The notes under the pieces are model-generated. The model did no database searches and was not told where the DNA came from. It saw only the letters and a list, made by a program, of their open reading frames with translations. Of a stretch of 14,839 nucleotides of DNA, positions 1 through 8,069 are shown piece by piece; within the stretch, counting starts at the first letter, position 1; each line of letters opens with the position of its first letter. The position numbers were made by a program, and so were the translations under genes. This DNA comes from an archaeon (GTDB taxonomy: Archaea; EX4484-52; B79-G9): positions 1 to 14,839 of the forward strand of contig JBDRKP010000026.1 of NCBI GenBank assembly GCA_043813875.1, in the 5' to 3' direction.

Positions 1-192
1 CACTAGCCTGCCGGAATCTTAGGGCTCGGATATAATGACTATTACCTCCTTTATTTTTTTACCTGCTCATTCCAAACCGGCATCCTTCATTTCACCTCCT
101 GTGCATATCAAGTCCATAATAAGATTCAGTTTTTCGCATGGGATATCTTGCCTGTGCATAACAATCTAATGACTACAGGAGAATATATCAAC

Positions 193-238
193 TGCGAACA
201 CATGAGCCGGACTCATGATTCGCAAAGCTTATATATAG
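193..238 (+). promoter_or_regulatory. Imperfect palindrome (candidate operator) abutting a BRE/TATA-like box
   Basis: TGCGAA(193-198)-CA-CATGAG-CCGGA-CTCATG-A-TTCGCA(219-224), directly followed by AAGCTTATATATAG, about 35 nt before ATG 272. Confidence 0.5.
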
Positions 239-271
239 TAAACAGGAATGATAATATGTCGTGAGCGCTTT

Positions 272-985
272 ATGCAGATAATTATTCCGGTGTGGTTCTA
301 TGGATATGATTCTGTCATCTACCTGATAAATTCATTTATCGGGTTTCTTCTGAGCTTTTATTTTTACAGGATATTTTCTTTGAGTTCTGAGAAGAAACAT
401 CTGTATCTTCATCTCGGATTCCTTTTTCTTTCAGTCGGTCTTCTGATCCTTTCGATAATAAGTGAATTCAGCTACCTCGCGTATGAGAATTGTCTTGATT
501 CCTCTGCATCATGTTCCCTTGGTCTCTTGGACAGCATATATTCCATCGAGGATTTCTCATATTTCGCATATTTCGGGCTATCGATATTTGCATACATCTT
601 GTTTCTTGCGGCTTATGGAGGCGAGTATGTCGATTATTCAAGAATTCTCATAATAGCCCTTCTTGTCTACCTTGTCTATATCGTCCTCCATATCACATAC
701 ATACCTGTAAAAGAGGGCCATATACTGTGGTATACATACAGGGAATATTTCAATATGGCAGCGATTGCGTTATTAGCCTTTATCTCTTTCAGGAACATTG
801 CAAATTACTTTGAGATGAAAAGCCTTAACTCCCTTCTGGTCGCGTTATCATTCAGTTTTCTTGCGCTGTATCATGTGATACGCCTGTTTTCATTCATCAG
901 CGGCCTGTATGTGCTCGGACATATATTCATGCTGCTCGCGTTCGGTGCTCTTCTCTTAATGGTGGTGAGGGTGAAGAGGAGATGA
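272..985 (+). CDS. Multi-pass (about 7 TM) membrane protein of unknown function
   Basis: ORF with about 7 hydrophobic segments and a Cys pair in a loop (CLDSSASC). ATG 272 is preferred over 248 because of TATA spacing. Stop overlaps the next start (ATGA). Confidence 0.8.
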   Translation: MQIIIPVWFYGYDSVIYLINSFIGFLLSFYFYRIFSLSSEKKHLYLHLGFLFLSVGLLILSIISEFSYLAYENCLDSSASCSLGLLDSIYSIEDFSYFAYFGLSIFAYILFLAAYGGEYVDYSRILIIALLVYLVYIVLHITYIPVKEGHILWYTYREYFNMAAIALLAFISFRNIANYFEMKSLNSLLVALSFSFLALYHVIRLFSFISGLYVLGHIFMLLAFGALLLMVVRVKRR

Positions 986-1263
986 TTTCAAGAAGGACAA
1001 AGATACAGATCTATCTTGAGATTCTACGTTATATCAAAAGCGCTGGCGGCAAACTTAAGAAGACTCACATTGTATGCAAGGCGAACCTGACGAATACAAG
1101 AGTGCAGACCTATCTTGATTTTTTACTGGCAAAAGGATTCATCACAAAAGACAGGAAGGAGGATCATACCTATTTTGTTATCACAGAAAAAGGCGTGGGC
1201 TTTCTTTCAGAGACAAAAAAACTGAAAGAGATCTCGGATGCATTCGGATTCCCTTTGTATTGA
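982..1263 (+). CDS. Winged helix-turn-helix transcriptional regulator (archaeal HTH_45/ArnR1-like)
   Basis: RRTKIQIYLEIL...KTHIVCKANL...YLDFLLAKGFI...ITEKG pattern typical of small archaeal wHTH proteins. 4-nt overlap with the upstream gene. Confidence 0.85.
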   Translation: MISRRTKIQIYLEILRYIKSAGGKLKKTHIVCKANLTNTRVQTYLDFLLAKGFITKDRKEDHTYFVITEKGVGFLSETKKLKEISDAFGFPLY

Positions 1264-1383
1264 TGATGGCTTTCACATCGACGAAAAGGTACAGAGCTAA
1301 AAGACTGCATAAAGAGTAAGTGACGCAAGAGGCAGGATTTTATGGCGCAAGTCTTTCAGGGAGTGGATGAACTGACGTGTGTA

Positions 1384-1662
1384 CTATTCTAGTTCAAACA
1401 CAGATTGCAATTTAGGTATTAATGAATCGACATCGGTCCTTTTCTTGTAAATGCCGCTGAAGGTGATTTGGCTTTCTTCAAATGAACTATCCTTTAATTC
1501 TACTCCACTAACACCAAAAACATTTTTTGCTCTAAAAAAGTCCTCTTTTTTAAATGTGGGAGTATATTTTTCAGATGCTGGACCTTTGTATGTAATTTCA
1601 ATCTCAATTTTTTTTTCTTCAACCAAATATGAAGTGCTTATATCCACTTTATTGCCTATCAT
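1384..1662 (-). CDS. Hypothetical protein (92 aa, AT-rich)
   Basis: ORF with GGTGA Shine-Dalgarno-like motif 5 nt before ATG 1662. No family recognised. Confidence 0.6.
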   Translation of the reverse strand: MIGNKVDISTSYLVEEKKIEIEITYKGPASEKYTPTFKKEDFFRAKNVFGVSGVELKDSSFEESQITFSGIYKKRTDVDSLIPKLQSVFELE

Positions 1663-1766
1663 TTTTATCACCTAATATTAATAACGATAATGTTGAAAGC
1701 TAAATATTATATATCTTAGCTATAATTGTAAGAGATTCTTTCGGTATTCTAAAAAAGATTAAAGAG

Positions 1767-1790
1767 AAAAAAAGCCTGAAAAAATCAGGC
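1767..1790 (-). terminator. Hairpin plus T-tract terminator of hppA
   Basis: Minus strand reads GCCTGA-TTTTT-TCAGGC-TTTTTTT, 14 nt after the hppA stop. Confidence 0.65.
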
Positions 1791-1804
1791 CAATGTACGC
1801 ATAT

Positions 1805-3799
1805 TCAGAACAGCGCATACTTGATAATCAAGGCAATGAAGATAAGCGCAATCGTGTTCATGACCTTGATCAGCGGATTGATTGCAGGCCCTGCGGTATC
1901 CTTGAACGGGTCGCCGACAGTATCACCGACAATAGCTGCCTTGTGCGCATCCGAGTTCTTGCCGCCGAAGTTGCCGTTCTCGATGTACTTCTTGGCATTA
2001 TCCCATGCGCCGCCGCCGTTAGACATCTGGATAGCCAAAAGCACACCCGAAAGTATCGAGCCGAGCAGAAGCCCGCCAAGTGCCATAGGCCCAAGCAGGA
2101 ACCCTACTGCAAGCGGCGCAATGACCGCAAGAAGCGCAGGGTTCGTCATCTCATGGAGCGCTGCGACAGTGACGATATCGACGCACTTCGCATAATCCGG
2201 CTTTGCCTTGTAAGTCATGATGCCTTTTATCTCTTTGAACTGTCGCCTGACCTCCTCGACCACCTTGAAACCGGCCCTGCCGACAGCCCTCATATTCCAG
2301 GAACTGAACAGGAACGGTATCATGCTGCCAAGGAGAAGGCCGACAAGCACGCGGGGATCGTTGATAGCAAATACTACAGTCTTGCCCATGATGACCTCAA
2401 TCTCATGCACAAAAGCAGCAAAGAGCGTCAACGCGGCAAGTGCCGCAGAACCGATGGCGAAAGTCTTCGTCACCGCTTTGGTCGTGTTGCCGACAGCATC
2501 CAGGGCATCGGTGATCTCTCTTGTCTTCTGTGGCAGTTTCGCCATCTCGGCAATACCGCCTGCATTATCAGTTATCGGGCCGTAGGAATCAAGAGCGATG
2601 ATCATGGCAGTAAGCGAGATCATAGCCATAACAGCTATAGCAATCCCGTAAAGCCCTGCGAAATGGAAAGAACCAAGGATAGCAGCAGATATCAGGAGAA
2701 TCGGCACTGCCGTGCTCTCAAGACCGACTGCAAGACCTGTGATAAGATTCACTGCAGAACCGCTTAGAGACGCCTCTGCAATAGATCTCACGGGCTTGTA
2801 TCTTGTCGAAGTATAATATTCAGTGATACCGAACAATGATATGCCAAGCGCAAGTCCGATTAGTGTCGTATAAAACAGGCTCATATCAGGCATATAGCTC
2901 TTTGTCACAAAGTAGAAACCGACGGCAGACAATATGCTTGTGCCGATGACGCCCTTGTAGAGCGCACCCATGATGTTCTTCTTCGCCTTCACAAAATAAG
3001 TGCCCGCAATCGACGCGAAAATAGCGATCGATCCGAGCAGCAACGGGTAAATAACATAAATATCTTTTCCAGGAAACAGAAGGCTTCCAAGAAGCATCGC
3101 GCCGATGGCAGTGATGGCATAAGTCTCAAAAAGGTCTGCGCCCATGCCGGCGCAATCGCCCACATTATCGCCCACATTGTCAGCGATCACAGCCGGGTTC
3201 CTCGGGTCATCCTCAGGAATCCCTGCCTCGACCTTGCCGACAAGATCAGCGCCGACATCAGCAGCCTTGGTATAAATACCGCCGCCGACACGCGCAAAGA
3301 GGCTGATGAGCGAAGCACCGAACCCGAAGCCGACTATGGCGAGCGGATCCTTGTACATCATGTAGAACGCGGTCACTCCAAGGAGCGCAAGTCCTGCAAC
3401 AGCCATGCCGGTCACGGCACCGCCACGGAACGCAATCTTCAATGCGCTGTTAAGGCCGTCCTTTGCAGCGTTGGCCACGCGGACATTTGAGCGTACAGAC
3501 ACGTTCATGCCGATATAGCCCGCAAGAGCAGAAAGGACTGCTCCGGAAAAGAACCCGAATGCCGTCGCATAGCTGTCTTTTATTGCGAAAGCAAGGATAG
3601 CGGTTATGATTACAGTGAATATAGCGATAGTCTTATATTCCCTATGCATGAATGCCATGGCGCCTTCGCGGATGGCATCAGATATATCTATCATCTTCTG
3701 TGTGCCTGCGTCTTTCTTCAGGACGCTGCGTGTCAGATAGATTGCAAAAAGTATCGCGGCAACTCCTCCTGCCAACACAAACTGAATTTCTGGACTCAT
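1805..3799 (-). CDS. hppA: Membrane-bound ion-translocating pyrophosphatase, K+-independent H+-PPase type (664 aa)
   Basis: Motifs GGGIYTKAADVGADLVGKVE, EDDPRNP, DNVGDNVGD, DSYGPITDNAGGIAEM, GNTTKAVTK, GGAWDNAKK, GDTVGDPFKD. Start set at ATG 3799, 8 nt after GGAGG. The ORF-track extension to 3946 runs through the tRNA. Confidence 0.97.
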   Translation of the reverse strand: MSPEIQFVLAGGVAAILFAIYLTRSVLKKDAGTQKMIDISDAIREGAMAFMHREYKTIAIFTVIITAILAFAIKDSYATAFGFFSGAVLSALAGYIGMNVSVRSNVRVANAAKDGLNSALKIAFRGGAVTGMAVAGLALLGVTAFYMMYKDPLAIVGFGFGASLISLFARVGGGIYTKAADVGADLVGKVEAGIPEDDPRNPAVIADNVGDNVGDCAGMGADLFETYAITAIGAMLLGSLLFPGKDIYVIYPLLLGSIAIFASIAGTYFVKAKKNIMGALYKGVIGTSILSAVGFYFVTKSYMPDMSLFYTTLIGLALGISLFGITEYYTSTRYKPVRSIAEASLSGSAVNLITGLAVGLESTAVPILLISAAILGSFHFAGLYGIAIAVMAMISLTAMIIALDSYGPITDNAGGIAEMAKLPQKTREITDALDAVGNTTKAVTKTFAIGSAALAALTLFAAFVHEIEVIMGKTVVFAINDPRVLVGLLLGSMIPFLFSSWNMRAVGRAGFKVVEEVRRQFKEIKGIMTYKAKPDYAKCVDIVTVAALHEMTNPALLAVIAPLAVGFLLGPMALGGLLLGSILSGVLLAIQMSNGGGAWDNAKKYIENGNFGGKNSDAHKAAIVGDTVGDPFKDTAGPAINPLIKVMNTIALIFIALIIKYALF

Positions 3800-3837
3800 T
3801 TGAGGTTCCTCCATATTATCGTATAGTTTATAATTAG

Positions 3838-3944
3838 TGGTCCGGATGAGATTTGAACTCACGACCCCCACGTGCCTGATATATTCTGAAAAGAACAGAA
3901 TCTTATTATCAGCGTGGTGCTCTAACCAGCTGAGCCACCGGACC
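3838..3944 (-). tRNA. trnI: tRNA-Ile(GAU) with 33-nt intron at canonical position 37/38 (intron 3874-3906)
   Basis: Acceptor GGTCCGG/CCGGACC plus A discriminator, D arm GCTC/GAGC, anticodon stem CCACG/CGTGG with GAT at 3910-3908, T arm GTGAG-TTCAAAT-CTCAT. BHB motif: CTGA pairs with intronic TCAG, with 3-nt bulges TA^A and GC^A. CCA is not encoded. Confidence 0.97.
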
Positions 3945-3989
3945 ACATTGTTCCAAATATAACTGATTGTTGTTTATTTTTGAAAAAAC

Positions 3990-4004
3990 TTTATAAGCTT
4001 TGTT
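3990..4004 (-). promoter_or_regulatory. BRE/TATA-like promoter of tRNA-Ile
   Basis: Minus strand AACAAAG-CTTATAAA, about 45 nt upstream of the tRNA 5' end. Confidence 0.5.
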
Positions 4005-4227
4005 ATTGTTTTTAGATAAAAGAAAAGAACAAGAGTAATTTATACGCGATAATCATACAAAATCACCTGGCTGGGGCTAAAAATATGCGTTTTACCTTCA
4101 CATGATTACCTGTAGCACAAATATCGCATCACTCACATTATCATTGTATAATAATACTCGTAATCGAACTCTTCACGGCAATTGCCTGCAGCATTCTTAT
4201 CCATCTTCATCATCTCCATTGATTGTA

Positions 4228-4332
4228 TATAGTAAACGTCATAACTTTTTGGACTAATGACGTTTCCATATAGATTGATGTCTATCGGTTCATTGGTTAT
4301 ATTTGTCCAGCGAGTAACGACATCAACTATAG
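4228..4332. repeat. Bipartite hairpin element, family 1, 'empty' form (A arm + B arm)
   Basis: A: TATAG-T-AAACGTCAT...ATGACGTTT-CCATA (4228-4270). B: TATAG-A-TTGATGTC...GACATCAA-CTATA (4269-4331). Homologous to 8070-8153 and 8468-8530. Confidence 0.85.
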
Positions 4333-4709
4333 TAAAACAGGGGGTGCAAACTGATTCCCAAAAAGCATAAAAATGTATAACCCTGCTTTTTTCTGGAAAA
4401 CTCGAGCTCAGATGAATAGCAAGTCAATCAAGCTATGCAGCAGGCTCTAAAAGCAAGGGCTATTTTAAAATTACACGGTTTTAGAAAAGGAGTTCATGGG
4501 TCATCTGTTTTGTGGTATTTTTTGTAGAATCATCCCCGAATGGTATCCGCATTTATTAATCAGGGCAAAAGTCACTCTAGATGTCACATGTTTCATGGAT
4601 TTCATAACGACTTTTAGAGTGTTCATAATACCAATTAATATATTAGAACAAAAAGTATTTATATTTATCGCATATTTTCTTTTAAATGTATTTTAACAAT
4701 CCATCTCAT

Positions 4710-5945
4710 ATGGACGAGAATCTCTGTACGAGATGCAAGGGGAAAAACCTCTGCGGCAAGCCGTTTTGTACCATACTGTCAAATGTGGGGCAGTTCTCAA
4801 AAGTCATCGAGAACACGAGCGAAAATTTCACCGGCACAAGCCCGCCAAGCTGTTTCGTCGGCCGCACCGATTACCCCAGAGTCAACCTTAACATACTTAC
4901 GCCTTCATATGAAGACAAATATTCATGGACAAGGGACAGCCCCTCCTTCTGGTACAGGAAAGGATTCAAGATCCCGGACATCCTGAAAAGAAGGTCAGAC
5001 ATGGTCGCTGTCCGGTCAAAAGTCGATGTGAAGGCATCGGGCGACAGATTCCTTGATATCGCCCAGGAGATAGCTCAGGCAAAAAACCAGGTCGATGCAG
5101 AATTCTGGCTGAAAAAGAAACCGCGATTCAATATATCCTTCGACTCGAGGCTTGCGCCCATCGGCTCTCCTGCTGAGGTAGAAAAGGCGAAGCTTATTGG
5201 CAATGTATCTGTGTCGCGCCCTGTCGACAAGGCAGTGAGCGATACGGACCTGAAGGCCACCGGGGCGATAGAATATCTCCACCAAAAAAATATCGACGAG
5301 AACACAATAACAAAAATTTTGTCGCTCGGTCTCCTCGGCCTTGAGAAGAACAGGAAGCTTGTGCCCACAAGATGGTCAATAACCGCTGTTGATGACATGA
5401 TCTCAAAAAGACTTATTGAAAAGGCAAAAGATTTCAATGTAACAGGCAGCTATCAGGTATTTTCAAATACCTACCTTGGCAACCACTTCGAGATACTTAT
5501 CATACCGCGCGAATGGCAGTTCGAGGTGATAGAGACCAAGTTCGAGGGGAGCGTCTGGAACCCTGACGGTCAGTCGCCGGTGATATTTTCTGATTATGAA
5601 GGCTACTATGGCAGAAAGACTTATGCGTCAGAAGTCACAGGCGCATATTATTCGGCAAGGCTTGCGGCGCTCGAGTATCTTACAAAGATCAAAAAACAGG
5701 CTGCTGTCCTGTCGATAAGGGAGGTCTATCCTGAATATGATACGCCTATGGGGGTGTGGGTGATACGCGAGACTGTACGGGGCGCATTCCAGAACAGACC
5801 GACGAGCTTTGATGCGCTTGATGATGCGCTGGCTTTTATGAAAGGGCGCCTGAGGTTGCCGTTTGGGCGCTACATGAAAGAGAGCAAACTGCTTCTGAAC
5901 ATCAGGACCCAGAGTACCCTCATGAATTTTGTCGGGAAATGTTAA
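4710..5945 (+). CDS. nreA: Nre-family archaeal DNA repair protein (PCNA-interacting)
   Basis: N-terminal CxxCKGxxLCGxxxC, SPPSxFVGRxxYP, RKLVPTRWSITAVDD, GAYYSARLA, PMGVWVIRE and C-terminal PIP box QSTLMNF. TATA-like TTTTAAAT about 25 nt before ATG 4710. Confidence 0.93.
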   Translation: MDENLCTRCKGKNLCGKPFCTILSNVGQFSKVIENTSENFTGTSPPSCFVGRTDYPRVNLNILTPSYEDKYSWTRDSPSFWYRKGFKIPDILKRRSDMVAVRSKVDVKASGDRFLDIAQEIAQAKNQVDAEFWLKKKPRFNISFDSRLAPIGSPAEVEKAKLIGNVSVSRPVDKAVSDTDLKATGAIEYLHQKNIDENTITKILSLGLLGLEKNRKLVPTRWSITAVDDMISKRLIEKAKDFNVTGSYQVFSNTYLGNHFEILIIPREWQFEVIETKFEGSVWNPDGQSPVIFSDYEGYYGRKTYASEVTGAYYSARLAALEYLTKIKKQAAVLSIREVYPEYDTPMGVWVIRETVRGAFQNRPTSFDALDDALAFMKGRLRLPFGRYMKESKLLLNIRTQSTLMNFVGKC

Positions 5946-5974
5946 GAAGAAGAAAAACATGAAAAAACCAAAGC

Positions 5975-6079
5975 TATAGTCAAGGCACGAATTAATTGAG
6001 TAACGTGCCTTGCCATATACATCAAGGCATTTTGGTTTTTTGTTGAATTTTGTTCATTTATTTCATGCCTTGAGTATAG
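5975..6079. repeat. Bipartite hairpin element, family 2, 'empty' form
   Basis: A: TATAG-T-CAAGGCACG...CGTGCCTTG-CCATA (5975-6017). B: TATAC-A-TCAAGGCAT...ATGCCTTGA-GTATA (6016-6078). Homologous to 13411-13454 and 13570-13631. Confidence 0.85.
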
Positions 6080-6090
6080 TAAAAACTGAT

Positions 6091-6600
6091 TTGGACAAGC
6101 CAATTACAGAGCTTGTGAGCAAAAGTGACCACAGAACATTAGGGATCTGGGCAGCTGACTGTGCTGAGCGGGTATTACCCTACTTTGAAGAAAAATATCC
6201 TCTAGACAATCGTCCCCGAAAAGCTATAGAAGCACTCAGAACATGGGTTCAGACTGGCGTGTTTAAAATGGCTGATATACGAAAGAGTTCACTTACAGCT
6301 CATGCGGCAGCTCGTGAAGTGAAAGAAAATGATGATGCAGCCCGATCTGCTGCCCGTGCCGCAGGTCAAGCGGTGGCGACTGCGCATGTTCCTACTCATG
6401 CTATCGCAGCTGCGGTCTATGCAGCATCCGCGGTTCGCGATGCAACCGGCTCCATTGATGATACTACTAAGGAACGAGATTGGCAATACCAACACTTGCT
6501 CGATATGAACAAAACATTTGGTACAACTTATCCTACAAAGCAAATGCTCTGGAGGTCTCGGCAAAATCTCTCTTTGCCAGCATCAAAATTATATTTTTAA
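6091..6600 (+). CDS. Imm5-like 'putative immunity' helical protein
   Basis: DHRTLGIWAADCAERVLPYFE...RPRKAIEA...AARAAGQAVATAHVPTHA signature. TTG 6091 is the likely start. The ORF-track N-terminus (6010-6090) is largely translated hairpin element. Confidence 0.8.
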   Translation: MDKPITELVSKSDHRTLGIWAADCAERVLPYFEEKYPLDNRPRKAIEALRTWVQTGVFKMADIRKSSLTAHAAAREVKENDDAARSAARAAGQAVATAHVPTHAIAAAVYAASAVRDATGSIDDTTKERDWQYQHLLDMNKTFGTTYPTKQMLWRSRQNLSLPASKLYF

Positions 6601-6711
6601 CTCAGCTATATTCGTGATTAGTTTCGTGCCACCTATAATTCACTCGTTGATTCACTCGTTAGTTGCATCATAAATGAACATACCTTTATAACTGAGGCTG
6701 CATTTTAGATT

Positions 6712-7956
6712 ATGATGGAAAATACAACATCATTTAAACATCTGAACTTAATACCGGCGCTCGAAAAAGCACTGACCAAACAAGGATATACTGTACCCAC
6801 ACCCATACAATCAAAGTCAATCCCGGGCCTGTTGCAGGGCAGAGATCTGATCGGCATCGCGCAGACAGGCACTGGCAAGACGGCAGCATTCATATTGCCG
6901 ATACTGCAAAGGATGACCGAAAAACATCCACGGGAAATCAGGACCCTGGTACTTGCTCCCACGCGGGAACTTGCTGCACAGATCGGAGAAAGTTTTTCTG
7001 CATACGGTGAGTTTCTCAGATTCAAACACACAGTGATTTTTGGTGGAGTGAGCCAGGGACGGCAAGTCCAGGCCTTATCTGACGGTGTAGACATTCTTGT
7101 TGCAACACCCGGTCGGCTGCTTGATTTGATGAACCAGAGAAAACTCACACTGGATAAGATAGAATTTTTCGTATTGGATGAAGCAGACAGGATGCTTGAT
7201 ATGGGATTCATCCATGATATAACAAAAATAATCAGAAGATTACCGCATAAAAGACAATCATTTTTTTTCTCAGCTACAATGTCCCCGGAGATCAACAGGC
7301 TTGCAAAAACACTGCTCAATGATCCCATCCATGTCGAAGTCACAGCCCAGGCAACTACTGTTGAGCGCGTAAGACAATGCATCTATTTTGTTGACCAGTC
7401 CTCAAAAGAAAAATTATTGCTTGAACTCCTGAAACAGGAACATCTTACAAGTGTTCTGGTTTTCACCCGGACGAAACATCGGGCAAACAAAGTAGCATTA
7501 TTTCTTCGCAATAATAATATCTCCTCTGACGTGATCCATGGAAATAAATCACAAAACGCAAGAACCAAGGCAATCTACGATTTCAGAACCGGCAGAACCA
7601 AAGTATTGGTCGCGACCGATATTGCTGCGCGAGGGATAGATATTGATGATATTTCGCATGTCATTAATTTTGAACTCCCGAACGAACCAGAAAGCTATGT
7701 CCACAGGATCGGCAGGACTGCCCGGGCCGGAGCGGACGGTACAGCATTTTCATTCTGCTCAGCCGATGAAAGGGGTTATCTTAAGGATATAGAAAGATTG
7801 ATAAGACAAAAGATTGAAGTCATTGATCATAGATTTCATTCAGATGTCGCTCAAAACGCAACAGGTGTAGCAGCCAAATGCGCTGCAAAAAAGAGGAAAC
7901 CATTCTCTAAAAATTTCAATCATAACAATAGGCCTAGACGTGGTTTTAGAAGATGA
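6712..7956 (+). CDS. DEAD-box ATP-dependent RNA helicase, RhlE-like
   Basis: Q motif (GYTVPTPIQ), [48 protein letters not shown] and a basic tail. TATA-like CTTTATAA about 25 nt upstream. Confidence 0.95.
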   Translation: MMENTTSFKHLNLIPALEKALTKQGYTVPTPIQSKSIPGLLQGRDLIGIAQTGTGKTAAFILPILQRMTEKHPREIRTLVLAPTRELAAQIGESFSAYGEFLRFKHTVIFGGVSQGRQVQALSDGVDILVATPGRLLDLMNQRKLTLDKIEFFVLDEADRMLDMGFIHDITKIIRRLPHKRQSFFFSATMSPEINRLAKTLLNDPIHVEVTAQATTVERVRQCIYFVDQSSKEKLLLELLKQEHLTSVLVFTRTKHRANKVALFLRNNNISSDVIHGNKSQNARTKAIYDFRTGRTKVLVATDIAARGIDIDDISHVINFELPNEPESYVHRIGRTARAGADGTAFSFCSADERGYLKDIERLIRQKIEVIDHRFHSDVAQNATGVAAKCAAKKRKPFSKNFNHNNRPRRGFRR

Positions 7957-8069
7957 ATGATGCCATATATATCGGGATTTGTTTTGTTATTGCTTCTTGG
8001 TTCCCCAGGATTCGCCTTCGGCACTTGATCATGTTGCAGTCCCGCCTTTGTGCTTGGAGATTTAGGAAG

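Noticed and set aside
42..100. CACCTCCT/TACCTCCT as a 16S rRNA 3' end
   Set aside because: No flanking rRNA sequence. Better read as minus-strand SD motifs.
1793..2767. 324-aa plus-strand ORF and other ORFs inside hppA
   Set aside because: Antisense or alternate-frame shadows of a conserved gene with GC-rich codons. No recognisable motifs.
3800..3946. 49-aa N-terminal extension of hppA
   Set aside because: It is translation of the tRNA-Ile gene and spacer. The SD supports ATG 3799.
5975..6079. Canonical integron attC sites
   Set aside because: No RYYYAAC...GTTRRRY core ends and no intI in the window. Only the architecture is analogous.
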